Part shown: piece after piece, positions 9,679 to 19,474 of the stretch
Numbering within the stretch: the stretch's first letter is position 1
Layout: each line of letters opens with the position of its first letter
DNA from: an uncultured Planctomycetaceae bacterium
GTDB lineage: Bacteria; Planctomycetota; Phycisphaerae; SM23-33
Direction: 5' to 3'
DNA: 64,000 nucleotides
NCBI GenBank assembly: GCA_964557575.1
Contig: CAZLBC010000013.1
Coordinates: forward strand, 5,758 to 69,757
Program-made: the position numbers and the translations under genes
The notes under the pieces: generated by a model
Told to the model about the DNA's origin: nothing
Seen by the model: the letters and a program-made list of their open reading frames with translations, nothing else
Databases searched by the model: none

Positions 9679-11450
9679 TATCTATGCGCTCCTTTGATTC
9701 TGGTTTTGTCTCCAAGAAAACCACCGTAATTCCTCATGACCAGATTGGCCTCGATTCGCTGGACCAGGTCGAGAGTTACAGACACCATAATCAGCAATCC
9801 CGTCCCGCCGAGAAACGACGATATGGCAAAGGGAATTTCGAGCTTGAAGGCCACTACCGTCGGAATAACGGCGATAAAGGCGAGGAAAGCGGCACCACAG
9901 TAGGTGATCCGTTCCATGACGCGTTCGAGATAATCGGCAGTCCTTTTGCCGGGCCTCAGGCCGGGGATGAAATGCCCCATGTCCCTGAGCTGGTCGGCCA
10001 TGTCCTTCGGCCGGAAATTAACCGTTGTCCAAAAATAGGCAAAGAAAAATATCATCAGGATGTAGACGAGAGTATACGTGAAGGAGCCGCTTTGAAATGC
10101 GCTGCTGAAAAGCCTCATCACTTCAGACCAGAAGCCGCTGCCGCCGCGAACAACGCCGGAAAGCCACCGGAAGAGCATTGAAGGAAAGATCATGAGCGAT
10201 GATGCAAAAATAATAGGCATCACGCCCCCGTGATTGACGCGCAGCGGCAGGAAGTGCCGCTGGCCGCCGTAGACCTTGCGGCCCCTCGTCTGCTTGGCCT
10301 GCTGAATAGGTATCCTTCTCTGGGCCTGAGTAATCAGTATCGCGCCGGCCACGACGAACACGAACGAGAAGACCAGAAAGATCATCTTCTCCAGACCGAT
10401 GCCGCTGCCGGAACCGGACAGGGAAAAATCGGCCTTTTCGATCAGGGTCATGATCGCCATGGGAAGCCGGGTGACGATTCCCGCCATAATCAGGAGGCTG
10501 ATACCGTTACCAATACCGTACTCATCAATCTGTTCACCGAGCCACATCAGGAATACCGTGCCGGTGGTGAGACCAAGGACACCGACGAAATAAATCATCG
10601 GCCCCCGGAGTTCGGGATAAATAAAGCCGCTCGAACTCAGCCATTTCATGATAAACGAGGCCTGTATGATGCAGAGGCCCACGGTGGCATACCGTGTGTA
10701 TTCCTTGATTTTTCTCTGCCCGGCCTGCCCCTCCTTCTGCAGTTTTTCGAGCGAAGGGACCACGTTGACCAGGAGCGTGAAGATAATTGATGCCGAAATA
10801 TAGGGCATGATCCCCAAGCCGAACAGTGAACTTCGCTGAAGACTGCCCCCCGTAAACATGCTGAAGTACTGCATCGCCTGTCCGAAGATATTGTCCGACT
10901 GGGCACCGAGCATTTCCTTTATTGCTTCCTGGTCCAAGCCGGGCAGGGGCACGTGGAAACCGACCCGATAAATCGCCAGGAGAAAGAAGGTGAAGGCCAG
11001 CTTTCCCAGGAGTTCGGGAACGGAGAAAATATTCTCGAGGACCCGCCGCACCCCCGAGGGCGAAAACAGGGCATAGTAATACACAGCCAGCAGGACAACG
11101 CCCCCCACCAGCGACAGCGCAATCGTAATCACCGATTCCTTCTGCAGGGGGCCACCGGCAACGAGCACCTCGATGCCGTTCCACACCACCCATGCCACCA
11201 GCGCACCGATGACGCTCCCGACGGAAATCCGAAAGAGGTTAAAGGCCTTGATAATACCGCTGGTGAAGTGATCGAAAAGGATGACGACACCCGCGGCCAG
11301 CGGAAAAACGCCGCACAGCACAGTCTGCCAGCCCACCGCCTGTGACTGAAGGTCGCCGAGTAATAAGCCCCACAGTTCAGACAGGGACATCCAGCCGCCT
11401 CCCGCGAGGAGGACCAGGCCAAGGAAAAATTTTGCTGCACCTAACGCCAC
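9678..11450 (-). CDS. secY: Preprotein translocase SecY, as called with a ~135-aa hydrophobic N-terminal extension
   Basis: The canonical SecY N-terminal region ELLGKLAFTFFLLAIYRVGFHVPLPGLD begins at residue ~145. Upstream residues 1-135 form 3-4 predicted TM helices in the same frame with no stop. The track start at 11450 is a GTG, 22 nt after rplO. An alternative GTG (codon 134, 11049-11051) would give a conventional-length SecY. Confidence 0.8.
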   Translation of the reverse strand: MALGAAKFFLGLVLLAGGGWMSLSELWGLLLGDLQSQAVGWQTVLCGVFPLAAGVVILFDHFTSGIIKAFNLFRISVGSVIGALVAWVVWNGIEVLVAGGPLQKESVITIALSLVGGVVLLAVYYYALFSPSGVRRVLENIFSVPELLGKLAFTFFLLAIYRVGFHVPLPGLDQEAIKEMLGAQSDNIFGQAMQYFSMFTGGSLQRSSLFGLGIMPYISASIIFTLLVNVVPSLEKLQKEGQAGQRKIKEYTRYATVGLCIIQASFIMKWLSSSGFIYPELRGPMIYFVGVLGLTTGTVFLMWLGEQIDEYGIGNGISLLIMAGIVTRLPMAIMTLIEKADFSLSGSGSGIGLEKMIFLVFSFVFVVAGAILITQAQRRIPIQQAKQTRGRKVYGGQRHFLPLRVNHGGVMPIIFASSLMIFPSMLFRWLSGVVRGGSGFWSEVMRLFSSAFQSGSFTYTLVYILMIFFFAYFWTTVNFRPKDMADQLRDMGHFIPGLRPGKRTADYLERVMERITYCGAAFLAFIAVIPTVVAFKLEIPFAISSFLGGTGLLIMVSVTLDLVQRIEANLVMRNYGGFLGDKTRIKGAHR

Positions 11451-11472
11451 GGCTCAAACCTGTAAAGTAGAA

Positions 11473-11919
11473 TCACTTCTCGTTTATCGTTCCGCCCGCC
11501 TCGGCTATTTTGCTTTTGGCGGCAGCGGAAAACCTGTCTGCGGAAACTGTCAGTTTTTTCGTCACCTCTCCCCTGCCCAGTATCTTGACCGGTAGCTTCT
11601 CGTCAGCTATCAGCCGAGCCTCCTTCAATGCGACCGCATCAACCTCGGCATCGTTTTCAAACACGCGATCCAGATCGTCGAGATTGATGCACTGGTATCG
11701 TTTTTGAAACCGGGCATTGTTAAATCCCACCTTGGGCAATCGTGCAAGGCTGGGGTTCTGCCCACCCTCGTAACCCATTCGTTTTTTCGACCCGCTCCGC
11801 GAACCGTATCCCTTGTGGCCGCGACCGCAGGTCTTGCCCATACCGGAACCGTCCCCCCTTCCCACCCGTTTTTTCTTCTTGCGCTTCGAGGAACGGGCAA
11901 GTATTTCGTCAAGTTTCAT
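11473..11919 (-). CDS. rplO: 50S ribosomal protein L15
   Basis: KRKKKKRVGRGDGSGMGKTCGRGHKGYGSRSG matches L15. Overlaps rpsE by 4 nt; no rpmD (L30) between them. Confidence 0.9.
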   Translation of the reverse strand: MKLDEILARSSKRKKKKRVGRGDGSGMGKTCGRGHKGYGSRSGSKKRMGYEGGQNPSLARLPKVGFNNARFQKRYQCINLDDLDRVFENDAEVDAVALKEARLIADEKLPVKILGRGEVTKKLTVSADRFSAAAKSKIAEAGGTINEK

Positions 11920-12419
11920 AACTCTACTCCACGCAACTCACGTATCTTCTCGGGGGAGCGAAGCTGCTTGAGAGCCTCCAACCCCGCGCGCACCAGATTT
12001 TTAGCGCTCGTAGAACCATATGCCTTCGTCAACAGATCATCGATGCCGGCAAGTTCAAAAAGAGGACGAACGTTTTTGCCGGCTATCACGCCGGTACCGG
12101 GAGATGCGGGTATCAGGGCGACCTTTGAGGCTCCGCTGCGCCCGATAACCTTGTGCGGTATCGTTTTACCGCTGAGGGGAACCTCAATCATGCTCTTTAT
12201 GGCTTCGCCCTTACCTTTTTCGACCGCAGACGGAACTTCGTTGGCCTTGCCATATCCGATACCGACCTTCCCGTTCTGGTCTCCAACCACCACGAGTGCG
12301 GCGAAGCTGAACTTCCGTCCGCCTTTAACGACCTTGGAACATCGGAATATCTGTATGACCCGCTCCTCGATCATTCCTTCTTCGTGTGATTCGTCTGTAT
12401 GTGTTTTCTGCAAAGCCAA
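11916..12419 (-). CDS. rpsE: 30S ribosomal protein S5
   Basis: RVIQIFRCSKVVKGGRKFSFAALVVVGDQNGKVGIGYGKANEV matches S5. Confidence 0.9.
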   Translation of the reverse strand: MALQKTHTDESHEEGMIEERVIQIFRCSKVVKGGRKFSFAALVVVGDQNGKVGIGYGKANEVPSAVEKGKGEAIKSMIEVPLSGKTIPHKVIGRSGASKVALIPASPGTGVIAGKNVRPLFELAGIDDLLTKAYGSTSAKNLVRAGLEALKQLRSPEKIRELRGVEL

Positions 12420-12433
12420 TAGTTGCTCCTTAT

Positions 12434-12805
12434 CTAAAACGCCAGGCCGCCTTCACGGGCGGCATCGGCAAGCGACCGGACACGGCCGTGATATTTATAA
12501 CCGTTCCTGTCAAAAACAACTTTCTTGACCCCCTGCGCCGAGGCCTTTTTCGCAAGCTCCTTCCCCACTGCGGCGGCGGCTTCGCAATTCCCCCCCTTCA
12601 CCACCTTGAGGCCGGAATCCCGCGACGAGACGGAAACAAGGGTTTTGCCGGACAAATCATCGATAACCTGTGCATAGATGTTGGTATTACTGCGGAAAAC
12701 GGTAAGCCGGGGGCGATCCGGTACGCCAAACGCGGTTTTCCTGGTATGCTTTTTGCGGCGTTGCCTTCTTTTGTTTTTCAGGATAGTTTTGCTCATAATA
12801 GTCAA
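12434..12805 (-). CDS. rplR: 50S ribosomal protein L18
   Basis: [20 protein letters not shown] matches L18. Confidence 0.9.
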   Translation of the reverse strand: MTIMSKTILKNKRRQRRKKHTRKTAFGVPDRPRLTVFRSNTNIYAQVIDDLSGKTLVSVSSRDSGLKVVKGGNCEAAAAVGKELAKKASAQGVKKVVFDRNGYKYHGRVRSLADAAREGGLAF

Positions 12806-12820
12806 CCGTATTAATGCCTT

Positions 12821-13393
12821 TTAGAGCTCTCCGCCAACGAACGACTTGCCGAGCTTTCGACGCACGACCTCTCCCTTGTACCGAACGCCCTTGCCCTTGT
12901 ACGGCTCGGGAGGCCGCGTCCGCCTGCACTCGGCTGCGAATTCACCGACCACCTGCTTGTCACAACCTTTTACGGTAAATCTGGCGGGATCGGTATCACC
13001 CCGCGCCTGTGGCACATCAATAACGACTTCGACGCCCGCCGGTACCGTGAGGACTTCCGGGTGGCTCTTGCCGCACGTAATGCTCAACGTGTTACCGCTG
13101 AGATTCACACCGTATCCGACACCGTAAATCTCGAGGCTTTTTTGATACCCGCTCGTCACTCCTTCAACCATGTTGTTGACAAGGCTTCGGGTTAAACCCT
13201 GAAAGGCATCCACGCGACGGTCTTCACTTATGGCGTTAATCAGAATTCTGTTGTCTTCGACGACAACTTCGACTTCAGGCCGGTGCGTGTAATTCAAGGC
13301 GCCCAGTTGTCCCGTGACCATAACGGTACGACCGGCAACATCTATCGTCACGCCGTCGGGAATCGGGATCGGTTTTCGTCCTATTCTTGCCAT
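12821..13393 (-). CDS. rplF: 50S ribosomal protein L6
   Basis: Start trimmed to the ATG giving MARIGRKPIPIP (canonical L6 N-terminus), 1 nt after the rpsH stop. The track ORF extends 12 codons further upstream into rpsH. Confidence 0.85.
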   Translation of the reverse strand: MARIGRKPIPIPDGVTIDVAGRTVMVTGQLGALNYTHRPEVEVVVEDNRILINAISEDRRVDAFQGLTRSLVNNMVEGVTSGYQKSLEIYGVGYGVNLSGNTLSITCGKSHPEVLTVPAGVEVVIDVPQARGDTDPARFTVKGCDKQVVGEFAAECRRTRPPEPYKGKGVRYKGEVVRRKLGKSFVGGEL

Positions 13394-13394
13394 C

Positions 13395-13793
13395 TTATTC
13401 CACCAAACAGAGAACTTCGCCACCGACATTTTTCTTGATGCATTCGCGGTTGCTCATAACACCGCTGCTGGTCGAGACAACCGAAATACCCATGCCGTTC
13501 AAGGGGCTCGGCAACTCTTCAACACCGCTGTATATCCGGGCACCAGGCTTGCTGGTCCTCTGGATGCTGACAATAACATCCTCACCTCGAGGACCGTATT
13601 TAAGATCCAGCCTGAGTATTCCCTGCTTCTGATCATCAATCCGGGTGTAGTCTTCGATGTATCCCTCCGCCTTTAGTACCCGGCAGATGCCCTCGCACAG
13701 TTTTGAACAGGGAGCCTGTACCGTGGCGTGGCGCGAACGCAACGCGTTTCGAACCCGCGTCAGCATATCGGCAATAGGATCAGACATACTCAT
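13395..13793 (-). CDS. rpsH: 30S ribosomal protein S8
   Basis: MSMSDPIADMLTRVRNALRSRHATV matches S8. Confidence 0.9.
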   Translation of the reverse strand: MSMSDPIADMLTRVRNALRSRHATVQAPCSKLCEGICRVLKAEGYIEDYTRIDDQKQGILRLDLKYGPRGEDVIVSIQRTSKPGARIYSGVEELPSPLNGMGISVVSTSSGVMSNRECIKKNVGGEVLCLVE

Positions 13794-13805
13794 TGGTCAC
13801 CTCGT

Positions 13806-13991
13806 TCACCAACTGGCCTTTTTCATGCCCGGAATTTTACCTTCGCTCGCCAGCTTTCGAAGGCAAATACGGCAAATCCTGAACTTGCGATACACGCTGC
13901 GGGATCTGCCGCACAATTCACAACGGCGTATAACGCGCGTTGAAAACTTCGGTTTTCTTTTTGCTTTGGCTATGTGAGCCTTTGTCGCCAT
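13806..13991 (-). CDS. rpsN: 30S ribosomal protein S14, type Z (zinc-binding short form)
   Basis: 61 aa with [20 protein letters not shown] (C-x2-C...C-x2-C), typical of Z-type S14. Confidence 0.9.
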   Translation of the reverse strand: MATKAHIAKAKRKPKFSTRVIRRCELCGRSRSVYRKFRICRICLRKLASEGKIPGMKKASW

Positions 13992-14021
13992 CTGTGCAAA
14001 ATCCTCTCAATCAGTCACGGT

Positions 14022-14570
14022 TTAATCGCTTCGAAAAGGCATACCGAGCATGCTCAGGAGACTGCGAGCCTGTTCGTCGTTGTCGGAAGATGTATGAAAG
14101 GCGATGTTCATCCCCTGTACAAAAGAGATGCTGCTCGGGTCTATCTCGGGAAAGGCGGACTGTTCCGAAAGTCCCATATTGTAATTTCCGTTTCCGTCGA
14201 ATGAAGAGGGATTCAGGCCGCGGAAATCACGCACGCGGGGAATCACGATTGAGATCAAGCGGTCGATAAACTCGTACATCCGCTCTCGTCGGAGAGTGAC
14301 CTTCAGGCCGACGGGCATACCGGCGCGGATATTGAAATTGCTGACGGACTTGCGGGCCTTCATGACAACAGGTTGCTGCCCGGCGATCAGCGCCAGTTGT
14401 GCCTGCGACTCCTCGAGCTTGTTCTTTTCCTTCTTGGCATCACCGACACCCATGGAAATGACGATTTTTTCAAGCCGGGGCACAGCCATCACGTTCCCGA
14501 TCGAAAACTGCTCCTTTAATCGAGAGGCGATTTCTTTTCTGTATTCATTCAGCAGACGAGCCATTGACAT
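14022..14570 (-). CDS. rplE: 50S ribosomal protein L5
   Basis: L5 N-terminus LKEQFSIGNVMAVPRLEKIVISMGVGDA. Confidence 0.9.
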   Translation of the reverse strand: MSMARLLNEYRKEIASRLKEQFSIGNVMAVPRLEKIVISMGVGDAKKEKNKLEESQAQLALIAGQQPVVMKARKSVSNFNIRAGMPVGLKVTLRRERMYEFIDRLISIVIPRVRDFRGLNPSSFDGNGNYNMGLSEQSAFPEIDPSSISFVQGMNIAFHTSSDNDEQARSLLSMLGMPFRSD

Positions 14571-14578
14571 CCCTACCT

Positions 14579-14920
14579 CTATCCGGATTTACCGAGGGCA
14601 CCAAGTGAGGCGCCGCTTTTTCTGGCGTACCGTTCCTTCTTGCCGTCCTTCGTCAAACGAAAGCCCACCCTGGTCGGTTGTGACGTTTCCGGATCCACAA
14701 CCATGACATTGGAAATATCAACGGGCATCTCTTTCTGGATGCGACCGCCCTGCGGGTGCTTTCGGCTCGGTTTCATGTGACGGTATACACGGTTGACTCC
14801 CTGTACGAGGACGGTGCCTTTCTTGGGATAGACCGCAAGTACCTCGCCGGTAGTACCCGTCGCGGCGTCGTCCCCGCTGATAACTACAACCATGTCGCCT
14901 TTTTTGATCTTGCTTGCCAC
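14579..14920 (-). CDS. rplX: 50S ribosomal protein L24 (KOW) with short C-terminal extension
   Basis: IKKGDMVVVISGDDAATGTTGEVLAV KOW motif. Confidence 0.9.
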   Translation of the reverse strand: MASKIKKGDMVVVISGDDAATGTTGEVLAVYPKKGTVLVQGVNRVYRHMKPSRKHPQGGRIQKEMPVDISNVMVVDPETSQPTRVGFRLTKDGKKERYARKSGASLGALGKSG

Positions 14921-14923
14921 TGT

Positions 14924-15313
14924 TCAAACCACCTCTGTCGCCAGGGATATTATTTTCATGTAGTTCTTTTCGCGCAGCTCGCGCGCCACGGCACCGAAAA
15001 TTCTCGTGCCCCGGGGGTTTCCATCGGCATCGAGTACCACCGCAGCATTGTCATCAAAACGAATATAGCTGCCGTCTTTTCGGCGAACCGGCGCACTGGT
15101 ACGGACAAGCACGCACCTGACCAGGTCGCCTGCTTTTATTTCGCTCGACGGTATTGCCTTTTTTACGCTGCAAACAATCACGTCGCCGAGCTTGGCCGTT
15201 CTCCTGGAAAGGCCTTTCTTGCGAGAAGTCGAACCGCCGAGCACTTTTATACACTGCACTTCCCGCGCGCCGGAATTATCAGCCACCGTCAACTTGGATT
15301 CTACTTGAATCAC
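14924..15313 (-). CDS. rplN: 50S ribosomal protein L14
   Basis: [28 protein letters not shown] matches L14. Confidence 0.9.
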   Translation of the reverse strand: MIQVESKLTVADNSGAREVQCIKVLGGSTSRKKGLSRRTAKLGDVIVCSVKKAIPSSEIKAGDLVRCVLVRTSAPVRRKDGSYIRFDDNAAVVLDADGNPRGTRIFGAVARELREKNYMKIISLATEVV

Positions 15314-15340
15314 CTGATTATCCTATCTTGAGCCTGTCAT

Positions 15341-15625
15341 TCAACCAGACGCCGCGGCCCGTACGATCTTGAACAGCCGATGAGCTTTGCGCTTGCTCAA
15401 CGGCCTGGTGGTAACCACTTCCACGATATCACCGACCCCCGCCCTGTTGTGCTCGTCGTGTACGGCCAGTCGCGTCCGCTTCCTGATATACTTTTTATAT
15501 AGCGGATGCTTGACCAGATTCATGACATCCACGGTGATGGTCTTGTCACCGCTCTTCGACACAACCTCTCCTCTGAGGCTTTTGTGAAGAGGTCTCTCTT
15601 TTTGCTTTTCGCTCGTTCCAGTCAT
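15341..15625 (-). CDS. rpsQ: 30S ribosomal protein S17
   Basis: Start trimmed to ATG at 15623-15625 (MTGTSEKQKERP...) with a GGAG Shine-Dalgarno 11 nt upstream. S17 core KSLRGEVVSKSGDKTITVDV. Confidence 0.85.
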   Translation of the reverse strand: MTGTSEKQKERPLHKSLRGEVVSKSGDKTITVDVMNLVKHPLYKKYIRKRTRLAVHDEHNRAGVGDIVEVVTTRPLSKRKAHRLFKIVRAAASG

Positions 15626-15650
15626 GTACAGACAATCTCCTTCGGCGGGG

Positions 15651-15869
15651 TTACTCTGCATCACTCCGCCTGGTGCGGAGCGCGCGTTGCCGGATCTCGG
15701 TCAGTATGCGTGCAATATCACGTTTCGCCGTCTTGATGAGGGACGGATCTTCAAGCTTTTCGGTAACTGCCTGACTCCGAAGGTCAAACAGATGCCGTCG
15801 GATGTTATCCAGTTCCAAATCCAGTTCCTGGTCAGACAACTGTCGTACTTCTTCTATTTTCATCATCAT
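15651..15869 (-). CDS. rpmC: 50S ribosomal protein L29
   Basis: Start trimmed to the MMMKIEEVRQLSDQELDLELDNIRRHLFDLR ATG cluster. The track ORF extends 31 codons upstream into rplP. Confidence 0.85.
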   Translation of the reverse strand: MMMKIEEVRQLSDQELDLELDNIRRHLFDLRSQAVTEKLEDPSLIKTAKRDIARILTEIRQRALRTRRSDAE

Positions 15870-15891
15870 ATCCAGATTGATAAAACAGACA

Positions 15892-16308
15892 CTACAGGCC
15901 GTGTTTTCTTGCCGCCATGCGACACCGTACCGGGAGCTTATTGGCCATTCTGGCCAAGGCATCCCGAGCGATTTCCTGCGTCACACCACCGACTTCATAC
16001 AGGATCGTCCCCGGCTTTACCACGGCAACCCAGTCCTTGGTCTCACCCTTCCCCTTTCCCATGCGGGTTTCGAGCGGCTTTGCGCTGACGGGCTTATCGG
16101 GAAAAATACGGATGAAAACCCGGCCCTCGCCATGAAGGTAATGCGTCCCCGCGACACGGGCAGCTTCAATCTGCCGGGCGGTGATCCACCCGGCTTCGGT
16201 TGCCTGAAGCCCAAAATCGCCATAGGCGACCGTGTTGCCGCGCGTGGCTTTTCCGCGCATTTTTCCCCGCATCTGCTTGCGGTACTTGATTCTCTTCGGC
16301 ATCAACAT
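15892..16308 (-). CDS. rplP: 50S ribosomal protein L16
   Basis: [25 protein letters not shown] matches L16. Confidence 0.9.
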   Translation of the reverse strand: MLMPKRIKYRKQMRGKMRGKATRGNTVAYGDFGLQATEAGWITARQIEAARVAGTHYLHGEGRVFIRIFPDKPVSAKPLETRMGKGKGETKDWVAVVKPGTILYEVGGVTQEIARDALARMANKLPVRCRMAARKHGL

Positions 16309-16326
16309 AAACGCGTATCCTCGTTA

Positions 16327-17028
16327 TTACTCTTGGCTTTCGGCCTTGTGGCTGACACCGAACCGTTTCGATCCGTTGCCGCCGGCTGTTTCCGAAAATC
16401 TACCCCGGTAGATCCAGACTTTCACTCCGATAGCACCGTAGGTCGTAAAACACGGAACAAAGCCGTAATCGACGTCCGCCTCCAGCGTGTGGAGGGGTAT
16501 ACTGCCGATGATTTTCGTTTCCGTTCTTCCCATCTCAGAACCGCCGAGCCGCCCCGAGAGGATTATTTTGACCCCTTTCGCCCCCGCCTGGATGACGCCT
16601 TCCGCCCGCCGTCTCATCACAAATCGGAAACTGCTGCGGCGGGCCAGTTGCTCGGCAATACCTTCGGCGACAAGCTTGGCATCCAGATCAGCGTTGCGGA
16701 TCTCGACGATATTTATATTGACTTTTCGGTTCGTGAGGTCTTCCAGCGCGTCTTTCAGCTTGTCCACCTCGGAACCCTTGGGACCGATAACTATTCCCGG
16801 CCTGCCGGTTTTCAGGATGACCTTGACTTCCTCGCGGGTGCGCTCGATCTCGATTGAACTGACGGCTCCGAACGGCGGCGTCCTGTTCAATCGCCGGTCG
16901 AGGAATTCTCGTATCTTCTGATCCTCAACCAGGAACTCTCCGTAATTGCTTTTGGGCGCATACCAGCGGCTCTTCCAATCGCGGGTAATACCTGTCCTGA
17001 AACCTTCGGGATTAACTTTCTGGCCCAT
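16327..17028 (-). CDS. rpsC: 30S ribosomal protein S3
   Basis: MGQKVNPEGFRTGITRDWKSRWYA matches S3 (KH domain). Confidence 0.9.
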   Translation of the reverse strand: MGQKVNPEGFRTGITRDWKSRWYAPKSNYGEFLVEDQKIREFLDRRLNRTPPFGAVSSIEIERTREEVKVILKTGRPGIVIGPKGSEVDKLKDALEDLTNRKVNINIVEIRNADLDAKLVAEGIAEQLARRSSFRFVMRRRAEGVIQAGAKGVKIILSGRLGGSEMGRTETKIIGSIPLHTLEADVDYGFVPCFTTYGAIGVKVWIYRGRFSETAGGNGSKRFGVSHKAESQE

Positions 17029-17363
17029 CAGTTCCCCCTCTCTTCCAGGGCTACCGAAATGTGGCTCGTCCGCTTCAGAATACCGTGAGCCCGTCCCCGG
17101 TCCTTGGGCCTGAACCGTTTCAGTGTCGGTCCTTCCTCGACCCTGACATCGGCAATATACAAAGCATTCATATCCGCTTCCTGTTCATTGGCATTCGCCG
17201 CAGCGCTGGCGAGTACCTTCTCGACAAATCCGGCGGCGCGGTTGTGGGTCAACTTCAGTATGTTAAGCGCATCCTGAAGCTCTCGCCGACGTATCATATT
17301 CGCCACCCCGCGTACCTTCCGGGGTGCTATCCTGGCAAACCTGTGTTTCGCTACCCAAGCCAT
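17028..17363 (-). CDS. rplV: 50S ribosomal protein L22
   Basis: Start trimmed to ATG 17361-17363 (MAWVAKHRFARIAPRKVR...), 8 nt after the rpsS stop. Confidence 0.85.
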   Translation of the reverse strand: MAWVAKHRFARIAPRKVRGVANMIRRRELQDALNILKLTHNRAAGFVEKVLASAAANANEQEADMNALYIADVRVEEGPTLKRFRPKDRGRAHGILKRTSHISVALEERGN

Positions 17364-17373
17364 TTTCTTTCGC

Positions 17374-17649
17374 TTATGCCTCTTTATCTCTTCTCGTCGA
17401 ATGACCGCGGAACTTTCGGGTCGGGCTGAACTCTCCGAGCTTGTGACCGACCATATCCTCGGTGACATATATTTCTATGAAATCCTTGCCGTTGTGGACG
17501 GCAAAATTGTGACCGATAAATTCCGGGACAATCGTACACGCCCGCCGCCACGTCTTTATAGGCGTCCTCTCACCGGACTCCTTGGCGCGAATCACCTTGT
17601 TATACAGCTTCTCGTCTACATACGGGCCTTTTTTCAGGCTTCGTGCCAT
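17374..17649 (-). CDS. rpsS: 30S ribosomal protein S19
   Basis: [55 protein letters not shown] matches S19. Confidence 0.9.
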   Translation of the reverse strand: MARSLKKGPYVDEKLYNKVIRAKESGERTPIKTWRRACTIVPEFIGHNFAVHNGKDFIEIYVTEDMVGHKLGEFSPTRKFRGHSTRRDKEA

Positions 17650-17667
17650 CCTGCGCTCCTGCTTATC

Positions 17668-18519
17668 TTAAAGAGTCAATTGTCCGCTTCGCTTGTTTCT
17701 TCTGCGGCGGAGAATCAGTTTGTTCGACGGCTTGTGCTTCCTGCGCGTCTTGCCGCCTTTGGATAACCTGCCGGTAGGCGAACACGGGTCCCTGCCGCCC
17801 GCGCGGCGCCCCTCGCCACCTCCCATGGGATGATCGACCGGATTTTTGCACATCCCGCGAACATGCGGACGGCGCCCGCGATGCCGGGTTCTTCCCGCCT
17901 GCCCCCACCGCACCGAGGCGTGTTCCATGTTGCCGATAGCACCGATGGTCGCGCGGCATTTCAGATTGAGGTACCGGGTTTCACCGCTCGGCAACAACAC
18001 AATGCCCATTTTGCCGGTCCGGGCAATCAGCCGGGCCGAAATGCCTGCGCTGCGGGCCATCTGGCCGCCGATGCCCGGGGTCAGTTCGATGTTGTGAATA
18101 TCCATGCCCATGGGAATCTTCGACAGCGGCAGGCAGTGCCCGAGGCGCGGTTCGGCATCATCTCCCGACCGGATTCTCGTGCCCACCTTCAAACCCTGCG
18201 GCGCAAGGATATAGCGTTTCTCCCCGTCTTCGTATTGAACCAGCGCTATGTCGCAACTGCGATTCGGGTCGTATTCTATTGTCAACACCTCGGCAGAACT
18301 GTCATCCTTGTTGCGCTTAAAATCGATCAGACGGTACTGTCGCTTGTGGCCGCCCCCGCGGTGCCGCGTAGTAATCTTGCCGCTGTTGTTTCGCCCGCCC
18401 GTCCTGTTCAGCGTGCGGAGTAGCGACTTCTCGGGCTTATCGGTGGTCACTTCGGAATGAAGATTAACCGATGAATTTCTGCGCCCGGCGGATGTCTTTT
18501 TGTATTTTCTTATAGCCAC
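17668..18519 (-). CDS. rplB: 50S ribosomal protein L2
   Basis: L2 signature regions incl. [28 protein letters not shown]. Confidence 0.9.
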   Translation of the reverse strand: MAIRKYKKTSAGRRNSSVNLHSEVTTDKPEKSLLRTLNRTGGRNNSGKITTRHRGGGHKRQYRLIDFKRNKDDSSAEVLTIEYDPNRSCDIALVQYEDGEKRYILAPQGLKVGTRIRSGDDAEPRLGHCLPLSKIPMGMDIHNIELTPGIGGQMARSAGISARLIARTGKMGIVLLPSGETRYLNLKCRATIGAIGNMEHASVRWGQAGRTRHRGRRPHVRGMCKNPVDHPMGGGEGRRAGGRDPCSPTGRLSKGGKTRRKHKPSNKLILRRRRNKRSGQLTL

Positions 18520-18535
18520 AGTATTGTCCAGGTTA

Positions 18536-18820
18536 TTAGAAGAGCTCTATATGATCCTCGGCGGCAAGAACAACAACCGCCTTCTTGCGCTCTCGAGTAT
18601 GGCTCATGATTTTGCCGGCCCGTCGAGGCTTTCCGGCCTTCCTCGCCGTTCGTACATCTTTGACTTTCACCTCGTAGAGCTTCTCAACGGCCTGCTTGAT
18701 CTGCGATTTATTGGCCCGCGAGTCCACCTCAAAGGAATAGGCATTCAACGCCTGCGCCTGAAATGCACTTTTTTCGGTTATCAGCGGCCTTATCAGGACG
18801 TTGTAAATGTCATTCTTCAT
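18536..18820 (-). CDS. rplW: 50S ribosomal protein L23
   Basis: Start trimmed to ATG 18818-18820 (MKNDIYNVLIRPLITEKS...). Overlaps the end of rplD as is common. Confidence 0.85.
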   Translation of the reverse strand: MKNDIYNVLIRPLITEKSAFQAQALNAYSFEVDSRANKSQIKQAVEKLYEVKVKDVRTARKAGKPRRAGKIMSHTRERKKAVVVLAAEDHIELF

Positions 18821-19445
18821 CAGCGTCCCCCTTTCCACAGAAGACATTCATGGCTTCGGATGTCATTACCATCTTCCGGCTGTTGAGCACATCCATAGCA
18901 TTCAGATCCATGGCAACACGAACCGTGAGGTTCGAGATATTCCTGGATGAAAGGTAGATATTCCTGTCATTTTCGCCCAGCGCCAGAATGCACGACTTCT
19001 GTATATCAAGATTTTTGAGCAGGTCGGCGATTTTCCGGGTTTTCGGCTCGGCGATCTTCAGATCCTTGACGACCAGGAGGTCCTGGCCGAGCAGTTTTGC
19101 CAGTATCGCGGATAAGAGGGCTGCCCTGCGCATTTTCTTTGACAAACGGGGCCGTCTTTTCTGCGGCCTCTTGGCGAAAATATGCGCACCGCCACGCAGC
19201 AGCGGGGCGTTTCTGCTTCCCCGGCGGGCATTGCCCGTACCCTTCTGGCGAAACAATTTCTTCGTCGAATACGCTGTTTCGGAACGGGACTTCGTCTTTG
19301 CCGTCGCCTGCTTGGACGCCGCGTGGTACGCAAGGACCGCCTGCTTTATCAGATCATACTTGACCTCTCCGCCGAAAATCGCTTCATCGATTTCCAGCGT
19401 GTCGATCTTTTTGCCGCTCGTGTTGTATACAGGGGCTTCCAACAT
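18810..19445 (-). CDS. rplD: 50S ribosomal protein L4
   Basis: L4 core ...FRQKGTGNARRGSRNAPLLRGGAHIF.... Confidence 0.9.
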   Translation of the reverse strand: MLEAPVYNTSGKKIDTLEIDEAIFGGEVKYDLIKQAVLAYHAASKQATAKTKSRSETAYSTKKLFRQKGTGNARRGSRNAPLLRGGAHIFAKRPQKRRPRLSKKMRRAALLSAILAKLLGQDLLVVKDLKIAEPKTRKIADLLKNLDIQKSCILALGENDRNIYLSSRNISNLTVRVAMDLNAMDVLNSRKMVMTSEAMNVFCGKGDADEE

Positions 19446-19474
19446 AGCCTCAGCACCAATTCAATTCGGGTTTG

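Noticed and set aside
8701-9729. 342-aa plus-strand ORF antisense to map/adk
   Set aside because: Overlaps two conserved genes; no motifs.
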